Assembly (NCBI GenBank): GCA_964444955.1
Contig: CAYUJB010000002.1
Span: 972-64,971 of the forward strand
Direction of reading: 5' to 3'
DNA from: an uncultured Candidatus Saccharibacteria bacterium
GTDB taxonomy: Bacteria; Patescibacteriota; Minisyncoccia; 2-02-FULL-40-12; GWA2-44-9
DNA: 64,000 nt
Shown here: piece after piece, positions 28,397 through 37,266 of the stretch
Numbering within the stretch: position 1 is the stretch's first letter
How the letters are laid out: every line of letters begins with the position of its first letter
Translations under genes and position numbers: made by a program
The notes under the pieces: generated by a model
Databases searched by the model: none
Seen by the model: the letters and a program-made list of their open reading frames with translations, nothing else
Told to the model about the DNA's origin: nothing

Positions 28397-28839
28397 ATGG
28401 TGGCATGACTGAAAATGGGGGAGTAGGCGCCGTGGTGACAGATATTACGAAACGGAAAGTTACGACAGGTGTGCATTCGTTTCGCATCCGAAGGCTACGG
28501 GTCAGTGAAGAGCAAAAAATCGCGCGTTTGTATTTCTGAAAATTTGATCTCCGAGGGGGGTCATTTTGAAATCGAAGACGGATCTCACGCATCTGATCTG
28601 CATCGAAAGAGAGGATGAGCGTATGGGACGTATGCACGCCAAAAAAGATCAAAAAGCACATTTTCCTCAAAGTCTAAAACATCGTTTTTTGAGCATATGC
28701 GGGGGATTAGCTGTAGGTGTAACGACGCATAATCTACATTGTACGACGTTATGTAACCACCAAGAACCACTCCCCCCGTAAGCAAATCGGCCCGGGTGAG
28801 TGGTCTTGCTCTTAAGCTCCACACGCGTACACTACTTCT

Positions 28840-29511
28840 ATGTCACGAGTCGTCATCGATATCGAAACCGTCGGAGTCGAGTTCTCTACTCTCGACCCTC
28901 AGGCGCAGGAGTACCTTTTGAAGGGCGCTCGTACTGACCAGGAGCGCGACGCGGTGCCAGAGACATTAAGCTTCTCACCGCTGACGGGTCAAGTTGTTGC
29001 CATTGCGCTTCTCAATCCTGATACCGCCAAGGGAGCCGTCTATTACCAAACTCCGGGTCAATCTCCAACCGAATTCGACGAAGCGGGTGTGACGTATGCA
29101 TCGGGTACCGAATCTGAAATTCTCGCAAAGTTTTGGCGTACGATGGGATTCTACGATCAGTACGTCACGTTCAATGGTCGCTCATTCGACTGCCCGTTCC
29201 TAATGGTGCGTTCGGCTATCAACAAGATCAAACCATCGAAAAATCTCGTACCGTATCGCTACGGCGATGAGCATATCGATCTCTTTGATCGCCTAGGGTT
29301 TTTCGGCGCGGTACGGCGTACCATGAGTCTTCACATGTGGTGTCAGGCGTTCGGCATTCGCTCCAGCAAGACCGGGGGTATCAACGGCTACGAAGTCCCC
29401 CACTATTTCCGCGAAGGCAAGTACCTTGATATTGCTCGGTACTGTTTCGATGATATCCGCGCTACGGCTGAACTCTTCGCCTATTGGAATGCCTATATCA
29501 ATATCCGCTAG
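28840..29511 (+). CDS. RNase H-like 3'-5' exonuclease (PolB-exonuclease-related, YprB-like)
   Basis: DEDD-type motifs VIDIETVG ... FNGRSFDCPFL ... YCFDD. Confidence 0.7.
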   Translation: MSRVVIDIETVGVEFSTLDPQAQEYLLKGARTDQERDAVPETLSFSPLTGQVVAIALLNPDTAKGAVYYQTPGQSPTEFDEAGVTYASGTESEILAKFWRTMGFYDQYVTFNGRSFDCPFLMVRSAINKIKPSKNLVPYRYGDEHIDLFDRLGFFGAVRRTMSLHMWCQAFGIRSSKTGGINGYEVPHYFREGKYLDIARYCFDDIRATAELFAYWNAYINIR

Positions 29512-29512
29512 C

Positions 29513-30259
29513 ATGGAGTATGCGTCTCTCGAAGAATTTCGCGACCGTGCCGGCTATGTCATCGATGACATTTGGTATGCACGTGTTACGTCCATCGTAT
29601 CTATAAAGTCTAAACCGGCTCTTTTGCGATACTACGGTGGCATGAAGAGTTTTAAGGCAGCAGACGATGCCAAAGAGGCCAGTGCACGCGAGGGTACGAT
29701 GGTGCACGAAGCTGTCGCCGCTATTGCCGCTGGTCGCCACGACGTGGCGGTTGATCCCCTGGTTCGTCCCTCGGTGGACGCCTTCACAGAGTTTTTACGA
29801 AATAACGATGTGCAGCCGCTTCTTATCGAAGAGCGGGTATCGCATCCACATCACGGGTATGCTGGTACCGTTGATATGGTTGCAAAAATTAACGGTGTTG
29901 TTGGCGTTTTGGACATCAAAACGAGTCGGCGCATCTACCGTGATTTTGGGCTCCAAACAGCCGCCTATGTTCACGCAGTGGCTCAGCGATCTGATATCAT
30001 GACCCCAACCACGAGTTGGGTGCTGAGACTCGATCAATGCCGAACCTGCGAGCTGTGCGGCGTCTCACTGCGTACCAAGGGCGGCACGTTTCGGGTAAGC
30101 GCCGGAGGCAGAGGCTGCACGCATCGGTGGCTCCCCATGCATGGCCTTTTTGAATTTGAGGAGCTGCCTGATACTGAACACAACTTCCAGGCATTCCTTG
30201 CGTCAAAGACGCTTTGGGAATGGGAGCATCGCGATTTCATCGCTCAGATTCCTCGATAG
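29513..30259 (+). CDS. PD-(D/E)XK family nuclease (RecB/Cas4-like) with C-terminal Cys cluster
   Basis: GTVDMV...VLDIKTS (D...DxK) core. C-terminal CRTCELCG...C may be an Fe-S or Zn site. Start set at MEYASL. Confidence 0.7.
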   Translation: MEYASLEEFRDRAGYVIDDIWYARVTSIVSIKSKPALLRYYGGMKSFKAADDAKEASAREGTMVHEAVAAIAAGRHDVAVDPLVRPSVDAFTEFLRNNDVQPLLIEERVSHPHHGYAGTVDMVAKINGVVGVLDIKTSRRIYRDFGLQTAAYVHAVAQRSDIMTPTTSWVLRLDQCRTCELCGVSLRTKGGTFRVSAGGRGCTHRWLPMHGLFEFEELPDTEHNFQAFLASKTLWEWEHRDFIAQIPR

Positions 30260-30265
30260 CATCGC

Positions 30266-30700
30266 CTATGGATTACAGTTGCCAGCAAGCGTATAGCCCG
30301 CAGCTTGGGCATCCTGGGCGGTGGGGAACCAGATACGATTCGCTTCCTTTATGCGCTGTCCACTTGAGCACCAGCTAAAATGATATTTCTTGCTCGAAGA
30401 CGTTTTTGACGCCACAACTCGGATATCGTCGTGCGGTGGCCTCTGAGTTCCCGAAGCACTTCCCTGCCCCGGCACGGGCGTATGCGAAACAATGGAGTCT
30501 CGTACCTTCAGGATAGCCGACGATTGTGCGGGATTGCCCCCACGTTGGGCGTGGAGGAGGCCGAGATTGTATGTAGACCAGGATATCAACGATAGCACCA
30601 AAAGGCGCCATAGGGCCTCCTGGCGTCGTTTGACGAACTCCCCTATTCTTGCTATGATGGTCTTCACGTGTGACAGTGACATCCCCACTGTTATACTCAT
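30266..30700 (-). CDS. Membrane-anchored protein with C-terminal Ada-like Zn-binding domain
   Basis: N-terminal TM helix. The C-terminus YHFSWCSSGQRIKEANRIWFPTAQDAQAAGYTLAGNC resembles the Ada N-terminal zinc-binding fold. Confidence 0.5.
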   Translation of the reverse strand: MSITVGMSLSHVKTIIARIGEFVKRRQEALWRLLVLSLISWSTYNLGLLHAQRGGNPAQSSAILKVRDSIVSHTPVPGQGSASGTQRPPHDDIRVVASKTSSSKKYHFSWCSSGQRIKEANRIWFPTAQDAQAAGYTLAGNCNP

Positions 30701-30729
30701 ATACCAGATTCATTTAACCAAGCCAATCC

Positions 30730-31008
30730 ATGGCACATACCAAAGCTATAGGCTCTACGCAGCTCGGACGAGACAGTCGCCCGCAGTATCGTGGAGTTAA
30801 AATTCATGATGGTCAGAAGGTCATTGTCGGCAACATTATCGTCCGCCAAACGGGCAGTACGGTAGTTGCGGGTGATGGCGTCCGCACCGGCTCTGATTAC
30901 ACCCTCTACGCCGTTCGCGACGGCATCGTTCGCTTTACCACCAAGAATAAGAACTCGTTTAATGGCTCGCGTCGAGCCGTCAAGATAGTTTCAGTCGTCG
31001 CGATGTAG
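30730..31008 (+). CDS. rpmA: 50S ribosomal protein L27
   Basis: MAHTKAIGSTQLGRDSRPQYRGVKIHDGQKV is the canonical L27 sequence. Confidence 0.9.
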   Translation: MAHTKAIGSTQLGRDSRPQYRGVKIHDGQKVIVGNIIVRQTGSTVVAGDGVRTGSDYTLYAVRDGIVRFTTKNKNSFNGSRRAVKIVSVVAM

Positions 31009-31012
31009 TATC

Positions 31013-31045
31013 AAAAAACTCCCTGTCGGGGAGTTTTTTGATACT
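31013..31045. terminator. Bidirectional terminator (AAAAAACTCCC-TGTC-GGGGAGTTTTTT) between rpmA and rplI
   Basis: Seen directly in the sequence. Confidence 0.7.
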
Positions 31046-31048
31046 CCA

Positions 31049-31501
31049 CTACGCTGGTGTTGCCGTGATCACCAGAGTAACGTCGGTACTCAGCGCATTC
31101 CCAAGGTTCACATGGATGATGTGCGTACCTACCGTTTTGAGTTGATCATCAGCTTCGATTGCTTCGTCGGTAATATGAACACCTGATAACGCACTCAAGC
31201 GCAAAGCAACTTCATCTTTGGAGATGCTTGAAAACAGTTTACCCTTGGGACTCGCCTTTCCCTGAAGACTTAGTATTGTGCCTCCAAGTACATCAGCGGC
31301 TCGTTGCGCTTCTTGGCGTTCAAGCGATGCCACCGCAAGTTTCTTTTGGCGCAGAAGACTCACGTCCTTAATATTGCCTACGCTTGCTGGCCCCGCTAAC
31401 TCGCGGGGAATTAGAAAGTTACGAGCGTAGCCGTCGTTGACGTCTTTGACGTCCCCAATTTTCCCGATCCCCTTCACGTTGGTGAGGAATATGACTTTCA
31501 T
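31049..31501 (-). CDS. rplI: 50S ribosomal protein L9
   Basis: [32 protein letters not shown]. Confidence 0.85.
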   Translation of the reverse strand: MKVIFLTNVKGIGKIGDVKDVNDGYARNFLIPRELAGPASVGNIKDVSLLRQKKLAVASLERQEAQRAADVLGGTILSLQGKASPKGKLFSSISKDEVALRLSALSGVHITDEAIEADDQLKTVGTHIIHVNLGNALSTDVTLVITATPA

Positions 31502-31511
31502 GGCGGCGTTG

Positions 31512-32753
31512 TTATTTCTTGCGAACAACTTCGATGGCAGTATCCAGCTGTGGGTCCTTGCCCGGCTCTCCGTAGAGCCATCCCTTATCTTTGAACTCGT
31601 TCGGATTCATGACGCTCGGGACGGATGGTTCGATGCCTGTTGCAGAAATGTTTACGCCATTGGGTGTGTACCATTTTGCAATGGTGACCTTGAGTGAGGA
31701 GCCGTTATAGAAGTCTTCAACCTGCTGCACCGATCCTTTACCGAATGATTTTTCTCCGATCAATTCGATACCGCGAACGTCATGGAGAGCGCCCGCAAGG
31801 ATCTCAGCGGCCGATGCTGATCCGCCGTTCATCAGGAGCACTGTGGGCATCTTTGCGAGCTGCCCTTTTCCTGATGTGCGCAGCTCTGTAATTGTACCGT
31901 CGCTGAAATGCTCAGATACCACGAGGCTGTTATTCTTGAGAAGCCATCCCGAGATGTTCACTGCCGAATCAAGGAGGCCTCCTGGGTTATTACGTACATC
32001 AATAATGAGACGCTGTGCGCCAGCCGTACTAAGCTCTTGGACAGCAGTAATAAACTCAGCATCCACATTGGCATTAAACGAACTGATTTCGAGGTAAGCA
32101 ATATTATTGTCCAGCATCTTCCATTCAACTGCGTGTATCTTGATGGTGTCGCGGACAATTGAAACGTCGAAGGTACCTTCTTTGCCTGAACGGTAAAGTG
32201 ACAGTTGGACCGTTGTTCCTTTCTTGCCACGGATGTGATTTACCGCTTCTTCAACTGTCCAGCCATCCGTGACGATGCCGTCGATTTTGACCACCACATC
32301 CCCTGCCATAACACCTGCCCGCATTGCTGGGGAGTCTTTGATAGGCGAGATAACAGTGACGACATTGTCGCGCATACCGATCTCCATACCCACGCCTGAA
32401 AATTCTCCCGTGACCTGTTCTTGGAACTTCTTGCTGGTTACCGGTTCAAAAAATACCGTGTAAGGATCCCCTGTTGCCGCTACCATGCCAGAGATTGCTC
32501 CATAGACGAGTTTTTGGGTATCAAGTTTTGTCTTGTCTACGTAACGCTCATGAAGCTTGTCCCAGACCTGCCAAAATAGTTTGAAATCGACTGCTGAGCT
32601 CTTTCCATCATCCTTGTTGATGACTTGCTGGATGATGGCGTCGACGGCTTGTGAATTCTGGTGCTTGAAGTATTCAAAACCCAACGCAAAACCGCCGCTT
32701 ACAGCGACTATCAATCCGACGATTCCGAGAAGCCGACTACGCCGGTGAGTCAT
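31512..32753 (-). CDS. ctpA: Carboxyl-terminal processing protease (S41 family, PDZ domain)
   Basis: PDZ region, S41 catalytic region ([12 protein letters not shown]... [17 protein letters not shown]). Start set at MTHRRS, giving an ATGA overlap with the upstream GT2 gene. Confidence 0.85.
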   Translation of the reverse strand: MTHRRSRLLGIVGLIVAVSGGFALGFEYFKHQNSQAVDAIIQQVINKDDGKSSAVDFKLFWQVWDKLHERYVDKTKLDTQKLVYGAISGMVAATGDPYTVFFEPVTSKKFQEQVTGEFSGVGMEIGMRDNVVTVISPIKDSPAMRAGVMAGDVVVKIDGIVTDGWTVEEAVNHIRGKKGTTVQLSLYRSGKEGTFDVSIVRDTIKIHAVEWKMLDNNIAYLEISSFNANVDAEFITAVQELSTAGAQRLIIDVRNNPGGLLDSAVNISGWLLKNNSLVVSEHFSDGTITELRTSGKGQLAKMPTVLLMNGGSASAAEILAGALHDVRGIELIGEKSFGKGSVQQVEDFYNGSSLKVTIAKWYTPNGVNISATGIEPSVPSVMNPNEFKDKGWLYGEPGKDPQLDTAIEVVRKK

Positions 32754-33598
32754 AAAGCGAACAGTTTCTGTTGAAGTTGCTGTAGCCGCGCCGGACGTTT
32801 CCCCGAAAGGCCGTGTTTCTGAAAGTAACGGATCGCGTCGTTCAAGTGCCATCGTGTTTGTTGTTTAAAGAATACATCGAAAATGCCAAAACGGCCTTTT
32901 GATTCCCGCTGATGGTAGTGGTACATGCGCACTGTAGGTACGTACACTACCGCCAATCCATTTTCCCAGAAGCGATGAGCCCAGTCAACTTCACTCAGAT
33001 AGAGAAAAAACTGTTCGTCCATGTATCCGACGCGTTCGAGCATCGCGCGCGTCGTCATGAGCGCTGACCCCATGAGCCAATCGGTAGTACAGGGAGTTGT
33101 AACATCCATATCACGCATCAAAAAGCGCCTGATGTGATGACGCATGAACGGAATGGGAATGCGTCGTGCCAACATGGTGAGCGGCGTATAGAATCGGAAA
33201 CAGGACTCTTGCCGCGTATCATCAAAATTCAGTAGACCCGGCCCTACGAGCCCCGTGGCGGGATGATCGCGTAGGTACGCCGCAAGTGCCTCAATGGTCC
33301 CAGGTAACACGACGATGTCAGGATTGAGGATGAGCAAATACTCTCCTGTGGCACGGCGTAGTCCCTCGTTGACTCCGCGAGTGTACCCAGTGTTTTCGGC
33401 GAATGGAACGAGTATGAGTCGTTCGAAGAGATTTTTGCAATCATGATGAACAACGTTTCGGGTCTCTGGCGTGCTCGCCGAATCAACCACGATTATTTCG
33501 TGGGAGATGGAGGAATCGAGAACCCGCGCCAATGAGGTAAGTGCCAGACGCAGTAATGGTGGGTTTTTGAAATTGACGATAATGACGGAGAGCGTCAT
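32750..33598 (-). CDS. Family 2 glycosyltransferase
   Basis: LSVIIVNFKNPPLL... VVDSAS... DxD-type GT-A fold motifs. Confidence 0.75.
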   Translation of the reverse strand: MTLSVIIVNFKNPPLLRLALTSLARVLDSSISHEIIVVDSASTPETRNVVHHDCKNLFERLILVPFAENTGYTRGVNEGLRRATGEYLLILNPDIVVLPGTIEALAAYLRDHPATGLVGPGLLNFDDTRQESCFRFYTPLTMLARRIPIPFMRHHIRRFLMRDMDVTTPCTTDWLMGSALMTTRAMLERVGYMDEQFFLYLSEVDWAHRFWENGLAVVYVPTVRMYHYHQRESKGRFGIFDVFFKQQTRWHLNDAIRYFQKHGLSGKRPARLQQLQQKLFAL

Positions 33599-34683
33599 GG
33601 CGTTGGTGATGGCGTGAGCGTAGAGGCAGAAGGAGATGTCAGTGCGGCCGCTGGTGTGGGCAAAACAGGTGAGTCCTGCAATACCGTTTGCAGGAACCGA
33701 TGTATGTGGGCGAGCGTTCCGTCCCGTGGAAGAAGCTGATAGATGCCGCTCACCTTGGTTTCGTAGAGTATGTTTTCTGTGGTCAATTGATATCGCTTGA
33801 TGTGGTTAAGCTTGTCCTGTTGCGCCATCAGATCCTTGAGCGTTCCGAGGTCAAAAATATTGAGATCCGTTTCAATATGTTTTCGAATGGTCGTGATAAT
33901 TTCGAGTGCCTTGAGTGGATCGCTGGTGAGCGAAAGTGCGGCAACCTTTTCTTTGATTGCGAGAAGCACCTGCATTTGGCGCCGGGAGCGATCAAAATCA
34001 CTCGTGGTATACCTACTTCGAGCATAATAGAGTGCCTGCTCACCGGTCAGAGTGCTTGTACCAACAGGGAGTGAGAATTCATATCCCCATTGTTGGGTTT
34101 CATGAAATGGTTTGTCCAGGGTTATCGTGATGCCTCCCAGTGTATCCACCACGGAAAGGAATGCATCAAAATCGGCAACTACAATATTGTCGATGGCTAC
34201 GCCGAGTATGCGACTAAAAATCTTCTTACTACCAGAAATCCCATAATGTGCATACGCCGCATTTATCTTTTCGGTGCGGTCATCGGTAATGCGTACCGTG
34301 AGGTCGCGCGGGATGGATACCAGGGACGCCCGGCCAGTTTTGGTATCCATGGAAAAAAGGAGAATCGTATCGGTGAGGAGTCCCCCGTTCTCAATATCAT
34401 CTCTGCCGCGAATACCGAGCACTAAAATATCGAGCCGATTCTTATCGTTTTCGGGCATCGTGTATTCGGGGTCCTTCGCAAGGGGGATCTGTTCGGGTTC
34501 CGTTGCGTTGCCGCTTACTCCTTGGGCAATACGATTCACCACCGATATGGTTGCGTTGCCCACATGCTCGACTGCAAAGCTTCCAGCGTATACGACGAGG
34601 AACAACGTCACTAGCCACATGCCAGTGCGGAGCCGCGAGCGTTTCGGGTGGTTGGGTACGGGAAGATAATCCAGTGATGTCAT
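33595..34683 (-). CDS. LytR-CpsA-Psr (LCP) family cell-wall polymer transferase
   Basis: N-terminal TM, then LVLGIRGRDD...LLTDTILLFSMD...SIPRDL core. Confidence 0.8.
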   Translation of the reverse strand: MTSLDYLPVPNHPKRSRLRTGMWLVTLFLVVYAGSFAVEHVGNATISVVNRIAQGVSGNATEPEQIPLAKDPEYTMPENDKNRLDILVLGIRGRDDIENGGLLTDTILLFSMDTKTGRASLVSIPRDLTVRITDDRTEKINAAYAHYGISGSKKIFSRILGVAIDNIVVADFDAFLSVVDTLGGITITLDKPFHETQQWGYEFSLPVGTSTLTGEQALYYARSRYTTSDFDRSRRQMQVLLAIKEKVAALSLTSDPLKALEIITTIRKHIETDLNIFDLGTLKDLMAQQDKLNHIKRYQLTTENILYETKVSGIYQLLPRDGTLAHIHRFLQTVLQDSPVLPTPAAALTSPSASTLTPSPTP

Positions 34684-35714
34684 GATAGTAACGTATAGAT
34701 CTGCGAGGCGGATGTTCGCGCGCGCTTCATCACGAGGCGATGCAGTCGAACCATCCGGGGTAGAAGCTGTATGAATCTTCCCACCTCTCGTATAACAGAG
34801 GGCTCAAAGAGAAGTGTGTATCCCAGTACTGCGAGTTCGCGCAGTACGATGCGGGGAAGGTCTCTCAGAATGTTAATAATAGCATCATTTTTGATAATTG
34901 TAAACCGAACGTTAGACCAGTCGAGACGACGTTTTTGAAGACTGATGAGTCGACGTCGAGAGAGGTTTCCAAGCTGCCCGATGATGGGTGTAGATGCAAT
35001 GATCTTGGTTGTAGAACGATCGTGCCATGCGATGGCTGTGGGAACATAAATCTGCCGAAATCCAAAAACCCGCATACGCCACGCAAGATCGAGATCGTCT
35101 CCATATCCCAGTGACCCGACTCGGTATGCGGGATCCACGAGCCAACCATCGATGCGAGATTGCTCGAGGGCAGATCTTCGAAAGAGTGGCGCAGCTCCTT
35201 CGACAGCAAGCAATTCCAACTCATTGTCATATTGTCCCCTGTCTTCTTCGCCTTGTCCTCGATTCGTCACGCGACGTGAGTGGCTAACCTGAAAGCCTGT
35301 CGTATCAATCCGATTGGATTTGTGTACCTGATCGTTGCTTACTTCCATTTGAAGAACCTTAACTTGGATTGCTCCGATGGAGGTGTCACGCTGGAGTGCG
35401 GCGACGGCTTCGGCGGCACAGCGTGAATCCATAATGACATCGGTTAAAAGCATGACATAGGTACCCTCAGTCTGGGGAAGCGTTTGCTCGAAGCCAATCC
35501 ACGGACCCACATTTTCTGATGACAAAATAAGTCGTATCGAAGGATAATCGCGCACGATACTTGCCGTTGCATCGGTTGATGCGTTATCACGAACAATTAC
35601 TTCTATGGGGGTATACGATTGTTGTTGTACTGCATCCAAAACAGGTCGCAGCCAGTGGGCGCCGTTGTGCACGACCAGTACAATACTAAGGAGTGGGTTG
35701 GTTTGTTCGTGCAT
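34680..35714 (-). CDS. Family 2 glycosyltransferase
   Basis: LSIVLVVHNGAHWL... VIVRDNASTDAT. Confidence 0.75.
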   Translation of the reverse strand: MHEQTNPLLSIVLVVHNGAHWLRPVLDAVQQQSYTPIEVIVRDNASTDATASIVRDYPSIRLILSSENVGPWIGFEQTLPQTEGTYVMLLTDVIMDSRCAAEAVAALQRDTSIGAIQVKVLQMEVSNDQVHKSNRIDTTGFQVSHSRRVTNRGQGEEDRGQYDNELELLAVEGAAPLFRRSALEQSRIDGWLVDPAYRVGSLGYGDDLDLAWRMRVFGFRQIYVPTAIAWHDRSTTKIIASTPIIGQLGNLSRRRLISLQKRRLDWSNVRFTIIKNDAIINILRDLPRIVLRELAVLGYTLLFEPSVIREVGRFIQLLPRMVRLHRLVMKRARTSASQIYTLLS

Positions 35715-37266
35715 GGCTCCAAATTAGTGCGGCAGCAAACCCATATGCCAGGAATGCGCGCTCATCAAAGAGTGCCGCATCGGTAAGAAGATAGGCATAT
35801 ATCCATGGCAGGAAAAGGAGCGAGGCCCCCGCATACACCATCCCCACCCCGCTCGCTGCACGAAACCAAGTCCACGCGGCACCAAGAAGACTTCCTAGGA
35901 GAATAATAAATTCTAAACCAGCCGGTATCCCCATCTCAGATGCCACGTGAAGGTAGGCGTTGTGTGCGGTAGACCCCGCTTTTGCTAAAGCTATATTCTG
36001 ATTGAGCACGACAGGAAAGTTGCCGATTCCAACTCCTAAAAGAGGATGGTTGCGGATGGAGCCCGCAGTGGATTTCCAAATCTCGATGCGCAGAGAGTTG
36101 GATGTTTCTCCGAAGTCGAGAATGGATCGCACGCGGTTTCCAAGAATTCCCAAATCACCTTTTCGAATCAAAAACTGTGGTGAAATAAAAATTGGCCACG
36201 CTATCGCGAAGAGCATGAAAAATATCGCGAGGTGGAGTGTGAGATAGCTAAAGAGTGATCGTCGAGCTATATCCACGCTGAGGTGCTTAAGAAGAAAGAT
36301 GCCGAGTATCGCTAGACCTACTACGCCGACACTTGCCGCCCATATACCTCGCGTACCGCTCAGAATTGCAATCAGGAATGCCAAGGGAACCCATACGATG
36401 GCCATACGCGCACGAGTGGTAGCCATAGCGCGCAGCCCCCGCTGTGCTACCGCAAGTATGGGGTCAAGCGACAACGCCAAAAGGGCGGGCATCCCCAGTA
36501 GTACATAGATGGGAAACGTATGAGAATCGGGAAAAAGCGAAAACACGCGCAACGACAACTGGGGACCATAATAGGCTAACCAGGTATTTCCAAGATTCAC
36601 AGCGATATATGACCATTGCGTGCCGAATTGCCTTAGCTGAATCCCCTCCCCCCAGAGGCGCATAAACTGGTATACGTCTATGAAGTAGGTGGATGCGAGC
36701 TGGAGGTATCCCACTGCCACCACGATAATGGTGGAGAGTCCGATCGCTCGTATGACCTGTTCTGCTGTGAGCGATCCACGACGCAACAGGACCCAGAGTA
36801 CCATGGGTGCCATGGAAAGATTTATAAAATAGATAATGCGAATTATGCCCGTTTTAATAAAAAGTGCGCCCAACAGCGAAAGAACAGCAAGTGCGAGGAG
36901 TATGGCTAGTCGTCGGGTGACCGGATGTGATTTAAGCCATGCGCTCGGCTGGGCGCGGGCGAGCTTCCAGGTGGTCGCTAATTCTTGTTGCGTTCGGCGT
37001 TGCCGTACGAGGAGGAGAATAAGGAGGAGCGCAAGTGGTCGCCACATATTGAAGTTATCGAACGAGGTGGTCAGGGGGAGGGCGAGGAAAAGTGGCACAG
37101 CTCGTATAAAAAATAGAACACCGTCTTCAAGAGGAGCTCGTATCATCCACAACATCAAAAATATCGTAGCAACAAGCGCAGTGCTTCGGGGCAGAATGTC
37201 CAATACAATGGCTACAAAAAGAGTGAGGTAGCCGCTAAAAACACGATTAAGGGTAAGGTAGTTCAT
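35686..37266 (-). CDS. O-antigen ligase / Wzy-like polytopic membrane protein
   Basis: More than ten TM helices and a Wzy_C-like region (TAHNAYLHVASEMGIPAGLEFIILL). Start set at MNYLTL (ATGA overlap). Confidence 0.65.
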   Translation of the reverse strand: MNYLTLNRVFSGYLTLFVAIVLDILPRSTALVATIFLMLWMIRAPLEDGVLFFIRAVPLFLALPLTTSFDNFNMWRPLALLLILLLVRQRRTQQELATTWKLARAQPSAWLKSHPVTRRLAILLALAVLSLLGALFIKTGIIRIIYFINLSMAPMVLWVLLRRGSLTAEQVIRAIGLSTIIVVAVGYLQLASTYFIDVYQFMRLWGEGIQLRQFGTQWSYIAVNLGNTWLAYYGPQLSLRVFSLFPDSHTFPIYVLLGMPALLALSLDPILAVAQRGLRAMATTRARMAIVWVPLAFLIAILSGTRGIWAASVGVVGLAILGIFLLKHLSVDIARRSLFSYLTLHLAIFFMLFAIAWPIFISPQFLIRKGDLGILGNRVRSILDFGETSNSLRIEIWKSTAGSIRNHPLLGVGIGNFPVVLNQNIALAKAGSTAHNAYLHVASEMGIPAGLEFIILLGSLLGAAWTWFRAASGVGMVYAGASLLFLPWIYAYLLTDAALFDERAFLAYGFAAALIWSHARTNQPTP

